Shown: piece by piece, positions 41,242 through 50,086 of the stretch
How the letters are laid out: each line of letters starts with the position of its first letter
How positions within the stretch are numbered: the stretch's first letter is position 1
Assembly (NCBI GenBank): GCA_965279375.1
Contig: OZ257156.1
Coordinates: 3,520,001-3,584,000 of the forward strand
Direction: 5' to 3'
Source: Gemmatimonas sp.
Lineage (GTDB): Bacteria; Gemmatimonadota; Gemmatimonadetes; Gemmatimonadales; Gemmatimonadaceae
Length of the DNA: 64,000 nucleotides
Made by a program: the position numbers and the translations under genes
The notes under the pieces: generated by a model
Told to the model about the DNA's origin: nothing
What the model saw: the letters and a program-made list of their open reading frames with translations, nothing else
The model's database searches: none

Positions 41242-42048
41242 ATGATCCGTCGACACCTTGTTCGATCGTTCGCGCTACTCGGACTCGTCGTCTCCGCGAT
41301 GAGCACGGCTGGTGCGCAGGGGCGCATCTTCGTCAACAATGACGAGTGGACGCTCAGCAGCACCGGCATCGCTGCCGCCGGCGCGGCCAACGTCACGCAG
41401 TTCACCCGCAACGTCGCGTCGTGGCTGGCGGGCGGTACAAGCGGCTCCATTCTCATCGCCAGCGGAAACTTCGGCTTTCCGGCCAGCACCATCGGGACCG
41501 ATCTGGGCACCGGCGGCTACAACTTCTCCGTGACGCAGAACAACACGGCCGCGGGTTGGGCGAACCGGAGCAGCTACAGCGCGGTCTTCATCGACAACAG
41601 CACGGTGGGTGCCGGCTCCGCGCAGCTCCAGACCGATCTGCAGGGCTATGTGCTCGGCGGTGGTAGCGTGTTCATCAATTTCGGTACAGGCATCAGTGGA
41701 GCTGCTCAGGAGGCGGCCAACTACCAGACCTTCCTGAACTACTTCGGTCTCACGGTGGTCGGCGCCGGCTACAACGGCATCGGCGGAAACAACAACACGA
41801 CCGGATACGCATCGCAGGGGCCGTACGGCTCGGCGCTCTTCACCGGCGTGAGCGCGCTCTATCAGGACAACGGAAATTCCGTGCTTGCCGGCGGCTCGAA
41901 CACTGCGGGGTACAACACGCAGATCTTCGGTGGCGCGCTCTACGCCGCTGCGGCACCGTCGAGCGTCGTACCGGAGCCGTCGACCTACATGCTGATGATC
42001 GCCGGTCTCGCCGGGCTCGGCTTTGTGGCGCGTCGCCGTCGCGCCTGA
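41242..42048 (+). CDS. PEP-CTERM (exosortase-sorted) surface protein
   Basis: Signal peptide AGA-Q, Gly/Asn/Ser-rich body, C-terminal VPEPSTYMLMIAGLAGLGFVARRRRA. AGGAG SD at 41231. Confidence 0.93.
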   Translation: MIRRHLVRSFALLGLVVSAMSTAGAQGRIFVNNDEWTLSSTGIAAAGAANVTQFTRNVASWLAGGTSGSILIASGNFGFPASTIGTDLGTGGYNFSVTQNNTAAGWANRSSYSAVFIDNSTVGAGSAQLQTDLQGYVLGGGSVFINFGTGISGAAQEAANYQTFLNYFGLTVVGAGYNGIGGNNNTTGYASQGPYGSALFTGVSALYQDNGNSVLAGGSNTAGYNTQIFGGALYAAAAPSSVVPEPSTYMLMIAGLAGLGFVARRRRA

Positions 42049-42071
42049 TCTCCCGCTTGCCGGAGTCGCCG

Positions 42072-42096
42072 CGGGCCGCCCAGTTCGGGCGGCCCG
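42072..42096. terminator. Hairpin between convergent genes
   Basis: cgggccgccc-agttc-gggcggcccg, 10-bp stem. Confidence 0.5.
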
Positions 42097-42118
42097 TTCG
42101 CGTTAGCAACACCCTCGA

Positions 42119-42703
42119 TCACGGCGTGGGATACACCATCACCGCGTACTCCCGCTGCCACCGACGCCCGTCAGTCAGGAGCACGATACCGGTCACGCTC
42201 CATTGCCGCGTGTGGCTGCTGTCGAAGTAGGAGGGCGGCACGCCGGGAGGGAGCATGACGTCGGCGGTGGCTGTCCACGGAGTTCCGGGCCGCAACAGCG
42301 CATCGGCAACGGGCACGTCGATCTGCCACGCTCCCGGCGCCGGTCCACTGCGCGACTCGCGGTAGCCGAACACCAGCGAGGCTTCCTGCACAACGCCCTC
42401 GTGTCGCGGGTCGATGCGTACCGTGCAGGTGCTCAGCTCGCCCGGCACGAGGTTCAGGTCCGCCATCTCGAGCGCCACGCCACCGATGGTGCGCCAAGCC
42501 GCCCAGCGGGCGCGTAGCGGCCACAACACCGTGTAGCAGTACCACAGGCCTAGCGCGCCCACGCCCACGGCGTTGAGGTCGCGCATCAGCACCAGCGTGA
42601 TGGAGCCCGCAATCACCAGCAGGATGCTGATGCTCCCGGTGAACATCGCCAGTCGCACGTCGGTACGCCGACTGAGCGGACCCCACTCCTCGACGGCCAT
42701 CAC
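42119..42703 (-). CDS. Hypothetical membrane protein (2 TM plus a beta-sandwich-like soluble domain)
   Basis: 194-aa ORF with two hydrophobic helices, filling the gap between flanking genes. No family recognised. Confidence 0.6.
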   Translation of the reverse strand: MMAVEEWGPLSRRTDVRLAMFTGSISILLVIAGSITLVLMRDLNAVGVGALGLWYCYTVLWPLRARWAAWRTIGGVALEMADLNLVPGELSTCTVRIDPRHEGVVQEASLVFGYRESRSGPAPGAWQIDVPVADALLRPGTPWTATADVMLPPGVPPSYFDSSHTRQWSVTGIVLLTDGRRWQREYAVMVYPTP

Positions 42704-42748
42704 ACGATACGTGTCTGCCTTGGGGCCGAGCGGGTCGATGGAAACTCC

Positions 42749-42805
42749 GGAACGGTAGCGGGTGACGAGTTGCGGGTCTCGGGAACGGTAGCGGGAACGC
42801 TACCG
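42749..42805. repeat. 14-bp direct repeat overlapping a GNRA-loop hairpin
   Basis: GGAACGGTAGCGGG at 42749-62 and 42782-95; hairpin cggtagcg-GGAA-cgctaccg at 42786-42805. Confidence 0.7.
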
Positions 42806-42941
42806 CGAACGATGAAACGCGCCAACCACGCGCCGCGTGCCGACCGCTCGCTCCCGATCAGCGACCCGTGCTCGCCAACGGTGCGCCGCGGCGGCATACT
42901 GGCCGAGAGGACGCGGTGCACCCCGCGCGTCCACCTTCCCG

Positions 42942-44276
42942 TTGCCGTTGCCGGAGCCCCAGCTGCCCACGCACTCCCCTCACGCTCGACCTAACACGAA
43001 CGAGCTCGCCGACGAAACGCGTATCTACGCACGCGTGACGTGGCGTCTGATCCCGTTCCTGTTTCTCTGCTACCTCGTCGCGTACCTCGACCGGGTGAAC
43101 GTCGGATTTGCGAAGCTGCAGATGCTCGCCGATGTGAAGATGAGCGAGACGGCCTATGGCATCGGCGCCGGCATCTTCTTCATCGGCTACTTCCTGTTCG
43201 AAGTGCCCAGCAATCTGCTCCTGCATCGCGTGGGCGCGCGCCGATGGATTGCCCGCATCATGATCAGCTGGGGCGTGCTGTCATCGGCGATGATGCTGAT
43301 CACGTCGGTGAACCAGTTCTACGCGCTTCGTTTCGCACTGGGGCTGGCGGAGGCGGGGTTCTTTCCGGGAATCGTGTACTACCTGAGCCAGTGGTATCCT
43401 GCCGCGCGCCGAGCGCGCATCACGGCGCTGTTCATGACCGCGCTCGCGGCGTCCGGCGTGATTGGGGGACCGCTCTCCGGTTGGATTCTTTCGTCGATGG
43501 CCGGCGTGAACGGCTGGGCCGGATGGCAGTGGCTGTTCTTGCTCGAAGGCATTCCAAGCATCGTCGTGGGCTTCGCGGTCTATCGCTATCTCGACGATGG
43601 CATCGCCGCGGCCGCGTGGTTGACGGCGCCGGAGAAGGCGCTGTTGTTGCGCAACATGGCCGGCGACGAGACGACGGACGCGCATCGTTCCATCGCGACG
43701 ACGCTGCGCACGCCGCGCGTGCTCGTGCTGGCGCTGTTGTCCTTCTCGATCGTGATGGGCGTCTACGGCATCGGCTTCTGGTTGCCGCAGATGATCCGCA
43801 CGATGGGGGTGCAGGACCCGCTGCGCGTCGGCTTGCTCAGCGCGATTCCGTATGGCGTGGCTGCGGTGGCGATGGTGCTCGTGGGGCGCAGCTCCGATCG
43901 GCACGCCGAGCGTCGCTGGCATCTCGTTGGGTCGGCGTTGGTGGGGGCAGCAGGATTCGCGCTCGCCGCACGATTCCCCGACAACGTGGTCATCGGCATG
44001 ATCGCGCTGAGTGCGGGCACAGCAAGCGTGCTGACCACCTTACCGCTGATGTGGACGGTGCCGCCCACGTTCTTGCGTGGCGCATCGCTCGCCGCCGGCA
44101 TTGGCGCGATCAACTCCGTGGGCAACCTGGCGGGCTTTCTGAGCCCGTACATGATCGGCGCCATCACCGATGCCACCGGCAGTGGCGCCAACGGCGTGTA
44201 TGTCATCGCGGGCTTTCAGCTGCTCGCCGCACTCATCGCCACGCCGGCGACGCGCGAGACGCGTCAGCAGGCGTAG
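42942..44276 (+). CDS. MFS transporter, anion:cation symporter family (TtuB/HpaX-like)
   Basis: WRLIPFL, YLDRVNVGFA, FEVPSNL, RWIARIMISWG, AEAGFFPG, WQWLFLLEG, INSVGNLAGF. Start uncertain. Confidence 0.92.
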   Translation: MPLPEPQLPTHSPHARPNTNELADETRIYARVTWRLIPFLFLCYLVAYLDRVNVGFAKLQMLADVKMSETAYGIGAGIFFIGYFLFEVPSNLLLHRVGARRWIARIMISWGVLSSAMMLITSVNQFYALRFALGLAEAGFFPGIVYYLSQWYPAARRARITALFMTALAASGVIGGPLSGWILSSMAGVNGWAGWQWLFLLEGIPSIVVGFAVYRYLDDGIAAAAWLTAPEKALLLRNMAGDETTDAHRSIATTLRTPRVLVLALLSFSIVMGVYGIGFWLPQMIRTMGVQDPLRVGLLSAIPYGVAAVAMVLVGRSSDRHAERRWHLVGSALVGAAGFALAARFPDNVVIGMIALSAGTASVLTTLPLMWTVPPTFLRGASLAAGIGAINSVGNLAGFLSPYMIGAITDATGSGANGVYVIAGFQLLAALIATPATRETRQQA

Positions 44277-44455
44277 CGACGCCACGTGCGGAGACGTTGC
44301 ATCACCACGACCGTGCGTGCCACGTGATGCTCGCAGGACCAGCGCTCTGCGAGGTAAACGCCATCGTGACGAACAGCAGGCCGAGCACTACGTTGAGGTG
44401 ATCACGGGGCTGATTTCCCGATCGCATTCTGGAAGCTGATTCGCTGAGCGACAAC

Positions 44456-45619
44456 ATGCCGACACCCAACGAGCCAGACGACGCCCACTTGACCGACGCA
44501 CGTCCGTTGCCGGTCTTGCGCGCTATGATCGACGCGCTCGATCGCGATCTCTTGCAGATCATGGCGCGACGCATGTCGCTGGTAGCGGAAGTCGCCGCGT
44601 ACAAACGCGAGCATGGGGTGCGCATTCGCGATCCCCAGCGGGAACGCGACGTGCTCTCCGATCGTCGCGCACGCGCGGAAGCGCTGGGGCTTCCTGCCGG
44701 TGAGGTCGAGTCGATTTTTCGCGTGTTGCTCCGCTCGAGCCGCGATCATCAGGCGGCGCTGCGCGCCGAAGTGCCGATGAACGATCAGCCCAAGCGCATC
44801 GCCATCATCGGAGGCGAAGGGAAGATCGGTCGGCTGGTTGGGCGAATGTTCGGCGACCTCGGCCACCACATTCTTGTCGTCGATCGCAACACCACACTGC
44901 GTGCAGCGGAAGCCGCCGCCGCCGCCGACGTCACCGTCATCAGCGTGCCCATCGATCTCACCGAGCAGGTGATCGCTGAGGTGGGGCCGCAAGTGCCCGA
45001 GCACGCACTGTTGATGGACGTCACGAGCCTCAAGGAAGCGCCGGTCGCGGCGATGCTGGCGAGCACCCGCGCCAGCGTCGTCGGCACGCACCCAATGTTC
45101 GGACCCAGCGTGCATACGCTGCAGGGACAGCGCGTGGTGCTCTGCCGCGCGCGTGGCGAGCAGTGGGCCGAATGGCTGGCTCAGGCGCTCACGGCTCGTG
45201 GGCTCGTCATCACCGACACCACACCGGCGCAGCACGACCGCGCCATGTCCGTCGTACAGGTGCTCACGCACTTTCAGACGCAGGTGTTGGGGCTCACGCT
45301 GGCTCGCCTTGGCGTGCCGCTCGCCGAAACCATGCCGTTCACGTCGCCGGCGTACCTGCTCGAGCTCTACGTTGCGGCGCGTCACTTCGCGCAGGAGCCC
45401 GGGCTGTACGGCCCGATCGAGATGCGCAATCCGCGCACGCCGCAGGTGACCGAGACGTTCGCCAGCGCGACACGCGACATCGCCGACGTCCTCGCCAACG
45501 GGGATCAGGCGACCTTCACGAAACTCTTCGAGGATGTCCGCGCGTTCTTCGGTGACTTCACTGCCGAAGCGTTGGAGCAGTCGAGCTTCCTCATCGACCG
45601 CATCGTCGAGCGAACTTGA
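44456..45619 (+). CDS. tyrA: Bifunctional chorismate mutase (AroQ) / prephenate dehydrogenase
   Basis: N-terminal [19 protein letters not shown]...RDPQRE. Rossmann [39 protein letters not shown]. Confidence 0.92.
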   Translation: MPTPNEPDDAHLTDARPLPVLRAMIDALDRDLLQIMARRMSLVAEVAAYKREHGVRIRDPQRERDVLSDRRARAEALGLPAGEVESIFRVLLRSSRDHQAALRAEVPMNDQPKRIAIIGGEGKIGRLVGRMFGDLGHHILVVDRNTTLRAAEAAAAADVTVISVPIDLTEQVIAEVGPQVPEHALLMDVTSLKEAPVAAMLASTRASVVGTHPMFGPSVHTLQGQRVVLCRARGEQWAEWLAQALTARGLVITDTTPAQHDRAMSVVQVLTHFQTQVLGLTLARLGVPLAETMPFTSPAYLLELYVAARHFAQEPGLYGPIEMRNPRTPQVTETFASATRDIADVLANGDQATFTKLFEDVRAFFGDFTAEALEQSSFLIDRIVERT

Positions 45620-46152
45620 GCGCGCATTCCACCACGAATCCGAACGTGTCACAGCTCTCGCTCGGCATCGACCCCACTCACCCAGTCCATCCATCTGACA
45701 TGTCCGGCACGCTCGAACAGATCTGGATCAAGCGCGCGAAGTTGGGGCCGATGGACCCGGTTTCGCAGGCGCGTCTGCGGGAGAACCGCGGTCTGGTGGG
45801 CAACGCCAACATGGGCGGTCGTCGGCAGGTCACGATCATCGAAGCCGAGCGCTGGGCCGAACACATGACGGCGCTGGGCGCCAGCATCGATCCCTCACGC
45901 CGACGTGCCAATCTGCTGGTCCGCGGACTTCCACTGGCCGACTCGCGGGGCAAGGTGCTGCGCATCGGCGATGTGCGTCTGCAGATCGCGGGCGAAACAA
46001 AACCCTGCCATCAGATGGACGAGGTGCATCAGGGGCTGCAGGCAGTGATGCGACCGGCGTGGGGCGGGGGAGCGTTCGCGATCGTGCTCGACGACGGCGA
46101 AATCCACGTGGGCGACGCGCTATCGTGGGAACCGCCCGCGGCTGACGGATGA
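45616..46152 (+). CDS. MOSC-domain protein
   Basis: [20 protein letters not shown], conserved Cys in [16 protein letters not shown]. Start is TTG 45616 or ATG 45700. Confidence 0.88.
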   Translation: MSAHSTTNPNVSQLSLGIDPTHPVHPSDMSGTLEQIWIKRAKLGPMDPVSQARLRENRGLVGNANMGGRRQVTIIEAERWAEHMTALGASIDPSRRRANLLVRGLPLADSRGKVLRIGDVRLQIAGETKPCHQMDEVHQGLQAVMRPAWGGGAFAIVLDDGEIHVGDALSWEPPAADG

Positions 46153-46535
46153 TCGCCGCGCTGCGCACTCGCATCCGTCGCGGCGAAGACTTTCTCTTCG
46201 ATCTCGCCGCCAAGGCCGAGTACAGGCTCAAGATCACGCCGCGCGGGACGAGGCTGGTGCCCACGCGACTGCATCGGTGGATCCTTCGCGCGCTGCTCGG
46301 CGGGGCGTTATCGCTGGTGCTCGTCATGGCGTTCACGTCTGGTGCCACCCGCACGCGTGCGATTCTGGTCATTGCCCTCGGTGCGCTGCTGGCGGCGCTC
46401 GCGCTGCTCTGGTGGGACGCGCGCATGCCGTTGCCCAAGCCGCCCGCGCCCAGCCGCCCTGGGTCTCGGGCGACCCCGCCCGTGAGGCGCCCGACCTCGC
46501 CGGGCCCAACGGGCTCCGGGCGCACCCGGCCCTAG
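46149..46535 (+). CDS. Hypothetical small membrane protein
   Basis: ATGA overlap with the MOSC gene, two TM helices, Pro-rich tail. Confidence 0.55.
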   Translation: MIAALRTRIRRGEDFLFDLAAKAEYRLKITPRGTRLVPTRLHRWILRALLGGALSLVLVMAFTSGATRTRAILVIALGALLAALALLWWDARMPLPKPPAPSRPGSRATPPVRRPTSPGPTGSGRTRP

Positions 46536-46627
46536 CGACGGCGGAAGCAGTTCCTGAGATCGTCCACGCCGGTGCGGTGTACGGTCAGGCGACGTGTCTC
46601 CACCGCTCGAGTCAGGTATCTTTGATC

Positions 46628-47545
46628 ATGCGCACTTCCAGCCGTTCTTCCAACTGTTCTTCCAACCGCGTGGCCTCGGCCTCGCGCTCGCTCCTTATGC
46701 AGACAGCATCGAGTTGCTCGCTTCCGATCGCCCGTGGGTTCTCCCGAGCGCTCGCCTTCGCCGCACTCATCGTCGCCCCGACGGCCCTTTCCGCCCAGCG
46801 CACCACGGGCATCCGTGACCGCGCCGCCGCAGAGGCGGTCCGACAGCCGGCGCAGTACGGCGTGATCGATGGTGTAGTCACCGACACGCTCCTCAATCCA
46901 CTCGGCGCAGCAGACGTCTCTGTGGTCGGCATCGGCGCGCGGGTCGTGACCGGCGAAAACGGGCGTTTCCGCCTGCTCCAGGTGCCCCCGGGGCAGTACC
47001 TGCTCGTCGCGCGACGGATCGGTTACGCGCCGACGTCGGGGATCATCCAGGTGCCCGAAAGCGACACGCTGCGTTTGTCGTACACGCTGGTGCGGTCGTC
47101 CAACATGCTCGACACGGTGCGTGTGAAGGAACGTCGCGTGTCGCTGCGTATGGCCGAGTTCGAGGGGCGGCGCATGGCTGGCATTGGCCAGTTCGTGACG
47201 CAGGAAGAGATCGAGCGGCGTGCCTCGCGCGAAGTGTCCGATTTTCTCCGCAACCTGCGCGGCATCGAGGTGTCGCGCCTGACCAACAACGCGTTCGCGG
47301 GCACCGTCGCGCTCTCGCGTCGCGAAGGCGGCAGCGTGGGTGGAGACGGTACGGGTGCCTGCGCGATGCAGGTAATTCTCGACGGCATTGTCATGCCGCG
47401 CTTCTTCAACCTCGATCTCTTGCCGTCACCCAAGCTGATCGCGGGCATCGAGGTCTACTCGGGTGCTGCTACCGTGCCCGCGCAGTTCGGCGGCGCAGAC
47501 CGTCGCTGCGGTGTGCTCCTCGTCTGGACGCGCGACGGGTACTGA
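46628..47545 (+). CDS. Secreted carboxypeptidase-regulatory-like domain + TonB plug-like domain, no beta-barrel
   Basis: Signal ending LSA-Q. IDGVVTD...TGENGRFRL...RRIGYAP; plug-like IAGIEVYSG...CGVLLVWTR followed directly by the stop. Confidence 0.8.
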   Translation: MRTSSRSSNCSSNRVASASRSLLMQTASSCSLPIARGFSRALAFAALIVAPTALSAQRTTGIRDRAAAEAVRQPAQYGVIDGVVTDTLLNPLGAADVSVVGIGARVVTGENGRFRLLQVPPGQYLLVARRIGYAPTSGIIQVPESDTLRLSYTLVRSSNMLDTVRVKERRVSLRMAEFEGRRMAGIGQFVTQEEIERRASREVSDFLRNLRGIEVSRLTNNAFAGTVALSRREGGSVGGDGTGACAMQVILDGIVMPRFFNLDLLPSPKLIAGIEVYSGAATVPAQFGGADRRCGVLLVWTRDGY

Positions 47546-47569
47546 GCGCACGCTGATGTGAAAACGACG

Positions 47570-47601
47570 ACGGCTCCATGCACACCTCTGCATGGAGCCG
47601 T
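47570..47601. terminator. Probable terminator between convergent genes
   Basis: 13-bp stem acggctccatgca / tgcatggagccgt. AAAA at 47561-64 gives a T-tract on the minus strand. Confidence 0.7.
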
Positions 47602-47638
47602 TGACGTAGCGCCGGTCGCACACCGCGGCGGGCGACGG

Positions 47639-49906
47639 TTAGGGCACGACCTTGGTTGCCGTCGCCTGCTCGAGCAGTTGCGCCGCCTTCGCGACCAACT
47701 CGCTCTCCCGGGTGAGCGCAGCCGCAAGCTTTCCGATCTGCTCATCGGCGAGCTTCCAATCCTTTTGCTCGATCGCCTCGCGCACCCCCGGCATCGTCTT
47801 CACGCCGTAGCCCGTGTAGTAGCCCGGCGCATACAGTGCGTGCTGATACCACTCACGCCGCGGCAGCCCGCCGGGCACGAGCAGCACCTGATCCGCCTGG
47901 CGCAGCAACGCATTCACCTGTGCAAGCGCAGCCGGTGTCGCGGCGCCTGCGGCCAGGCCGCCATACGCCTTCTCGAACCGCTCGGCCATGCGTTGCAGTG
48001 AATCGGCCGCGTTCTGAATTGGCGAGAAGTTGAGATGCGGCGCGGTCCCCTCGGCTTTCGGCGGCGCCAGCGGCCGGCGCGGATCGTTCACCATCGCGAA
48101 CGCCCCCTCGGCGATCTGCCGATTCAGCTCGTCGATGTCCTTGGCCGTCTTCTCGCGCAGTGCGGTGACCTCGGTGAGATAGCCGCGCGCGGTTTCCGAC
48201 AGATTGCCAAACTCCGCGGGCAGCACGTCGGCGTTCGCCACGCGCATGATCATCATCCCGGCCACCTGCGACAGCGCTCGCCCATACACGAACGACGTGT
48301 CGCTGAAGTGCGTGTACCAGTAGAAGCTGTCGTAGATGGAGTGATAGATCCCACCGCCGTCTTCGCCGCCAAAGCCAATGTTGAGCGTCGGCACACCCGC
48401 GTGCTGCAGAAACGGTGTGAAGTCCGATCCTGAGCCGAGTGCGTCCAAGCGCATGTCACGGCGGTTGCGTGCTTCGGCGTTGCCGGCAAGGATCTTGGCC
48501 GCGCGCCACCGCTGCGCGACGCTCACGTTCGCCTCGGGATCGGTGACTTCGTTGGCCACCTCGGTCACGAAGCGTTCGAGCGTGTGCGATCCCGCCGCGT
48601 CCAGCAGCCCACGCCCGTTGCCGTCCGTGTTGAGATAGAACACGCCCTTGGCCTTCATGTCCGGCATGTGCTCTTCCACCCATTCGGTAGAGCCCAACAG
48701 CGATGGCTCTTCACCATCCCACGCCGCGTACACGATCGTGCGCTTGGGCGACCACCCCTGCTTCACCAGTTCGCCGAGCGCGCGCGCTTCTTCCAGTTCG
48801 GCGATGAGCCCCGAGATCGGATCTTCCGCGCCATTCACCCAGCCGTCGTGATGATTGCCGCGAATCACCCACTCGTTGGGGAGCGTCGAGCCCTTGAGCG
48901 TGGCGATGACGTTGTAGAGCGGCGTCTGCGCCCAGTTGAACTCGAGCTTGAGGTGCACCTTCGCACTGCCGGGCCCCATGCGATACGTAATGGGCAGGCC
49001 ACCGCGCCACGACTCCGGTACCACCGGTCCGGTGAGTGCAGCCAGCAACGGCTGTGCATCCGCATACGAAATAGGCAGCACGGGGATCTTCATGATCGTG
49101 ACGGCGTCTTTCCTGTCGAGCCGCTTGGCGCCGGGTGATGCGCCAACACCGGGCGTGAGCGGGTCGCCGGGATATGTGGGCATGTCGAGCACGCTGCCGC
49201 GCTGCACGCCATCCTTGGGCCGAAATGGTCCGTTAGGATACGCATCACCCTCGGCGAAGCCATCGTCCTTGGGATCGGAGTAGATGAGCGCGCCCACAGC
49301 GCCGTGCTCATATGCGACTTTGGGCTTGATGCCGCGCCACGAGCCGCCATACCGCGCAATCACGATCGCGCCCTTCACCGAGATGCCGCGGCGCTCCAAC
49401 TGCTCGTAGTCCGCCGGCACGCCGTAGTTCACATAGACGAGCGGTGCGGTCACATCGCCGTCGGCCGAATAGGCGTTGTACGTCGGGAGCTGCTCGCTCT
49501 TCTGGTTGGACGTGGGGTCTTCCTTGAGCGCAGGCTCTTCCAGCTTGGCCACGAATCGCGTCGGCGAGACCATCTCGAGCACGCGCACCTTCGGGGTGGG
49601 GAAGAGCACATCGAAGCGCTCGATGCGTGCATCCCACCCGTACGACTTGAACTGTGCGAGCAGCCACTCGGCGTTGTCCTTGCCATAGGGCGAGCCGAGG
49701 TGATGCGGGCGCGCAGACAAGCGCTGCATCGCGCTGCGCATACGGGCAGGGTCGGGGATCGCGCGAAACTTCGTTTCCCATTCGCGTTGCACCTTCGCCG
49801 ACGCGTTGGTGAAGCCTCGCATTGGCGGGTCTTCGCGAGGCGTGGCCGCCGGCAACAGAACGAGCAGAGCGGCCGGTACAGCGAGTGCAGAGATCGATCG
49901 GGTCAT
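47639..49906 (-). CDS. M28B glutamate carboxypeptidase II-like peptidase (PA and TfR-dimer domains)
   Basis: Signal peptide, LVYVNYG, VQRGSV, GNHHDGW, GAEDP, WDGEE, GSGSDF, YHSIYD. Confidence 0.92.
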   Translation of the reverse strand: MTRSISALAVPAALLVLLPAATPREDPPMRGFTNASAKVQREWETKFRAIPDPARMRSAMQRLSARPHHLGSPYGKDNAEWLLAQFKSYGWDARIERFDVLFPTPKVRVLEMVSPTRFVAKLEEPALKEDPTSNQKSEQLPTYNAYSADGDVTAPLVYVNYGVPADYEQLERRGISVKGAIVIARYGGSWRGIKPKVAYEHGAVGALIYSDPKDDGFAEGDAYPNGPFRPKDGVQRGSVLDMPTYPGDPLTPGVGASPGAKRLDRKDAVTIMKIPVLPISYADAQPLLAALTGPVVPESWRGGLPITYRMGPGSAKVHLKLEFNWAQTPLYNVIATLKGSTLPNEWVIRGNHHDGWVNGAEDPISGLIAELEEARALGELVKQGWSPKRTIVYAAWDGEEPSLLGSTEWVEEHMPDMKAKGVFYLNTDGNGRGLLDAAGSHTLERFVTEVANEVTDPEANVSVAQRWRAAKILAGNAEARNRRDMRLDALGSGSDFTPFLQHAGVPTLNIGFGGEDGGGIYHSIYDSFYWYTHFSDTSFVYGRALSQVAGMMIMRVANADVLPAEFGNLSETARGYLTEVTALREKTAKDIDELNRQIAEGAFAMVNDPRRPLAPPKAEGTAPHLNFSPIQNAADSLQRMAERFEKAYGGLAAGAATPAALAQVNALLRQADQVLLVPGGLPRREWYQHALYAPGYYTGYGVKTMPGVREAIEQKDWKLADEQIGKLAAALTRESELVAKAAQLLEQATATKVVP

Positions 49907-50020
49907 GGCAAGTCGGCTGCAGGGTGGATGTCGCCGGATTCGCTGAGCGCGGACGATTCCAGTATGAAGTCGCTCGAGAGACCGCGCTACATGAGATGCC
50001 CTACACGACTCGTACAAAAG

Positions 50021-50058
50021 ACAACGCCCCCGCGAGACGAATCTCGCGGGGGCGTTGT
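50021..50058 (-). terminator. Intrinsic terminator of susC-susD
   Basis: Perfect 17-bp stem with a UUCG loop on the minus strand, followed by CTTTTGT. Confidence 0.85.
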
Positions 50059-50086
50059 GTCGTGCGACCATCCGGTGTCGGTCTGC

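Noticed and set aside
44277..44455. Attenuator or leader peptide upstream of tyrA
   Set aside because: No Tyr/Phe-rich short ORF and no hairpin with a U-tract.
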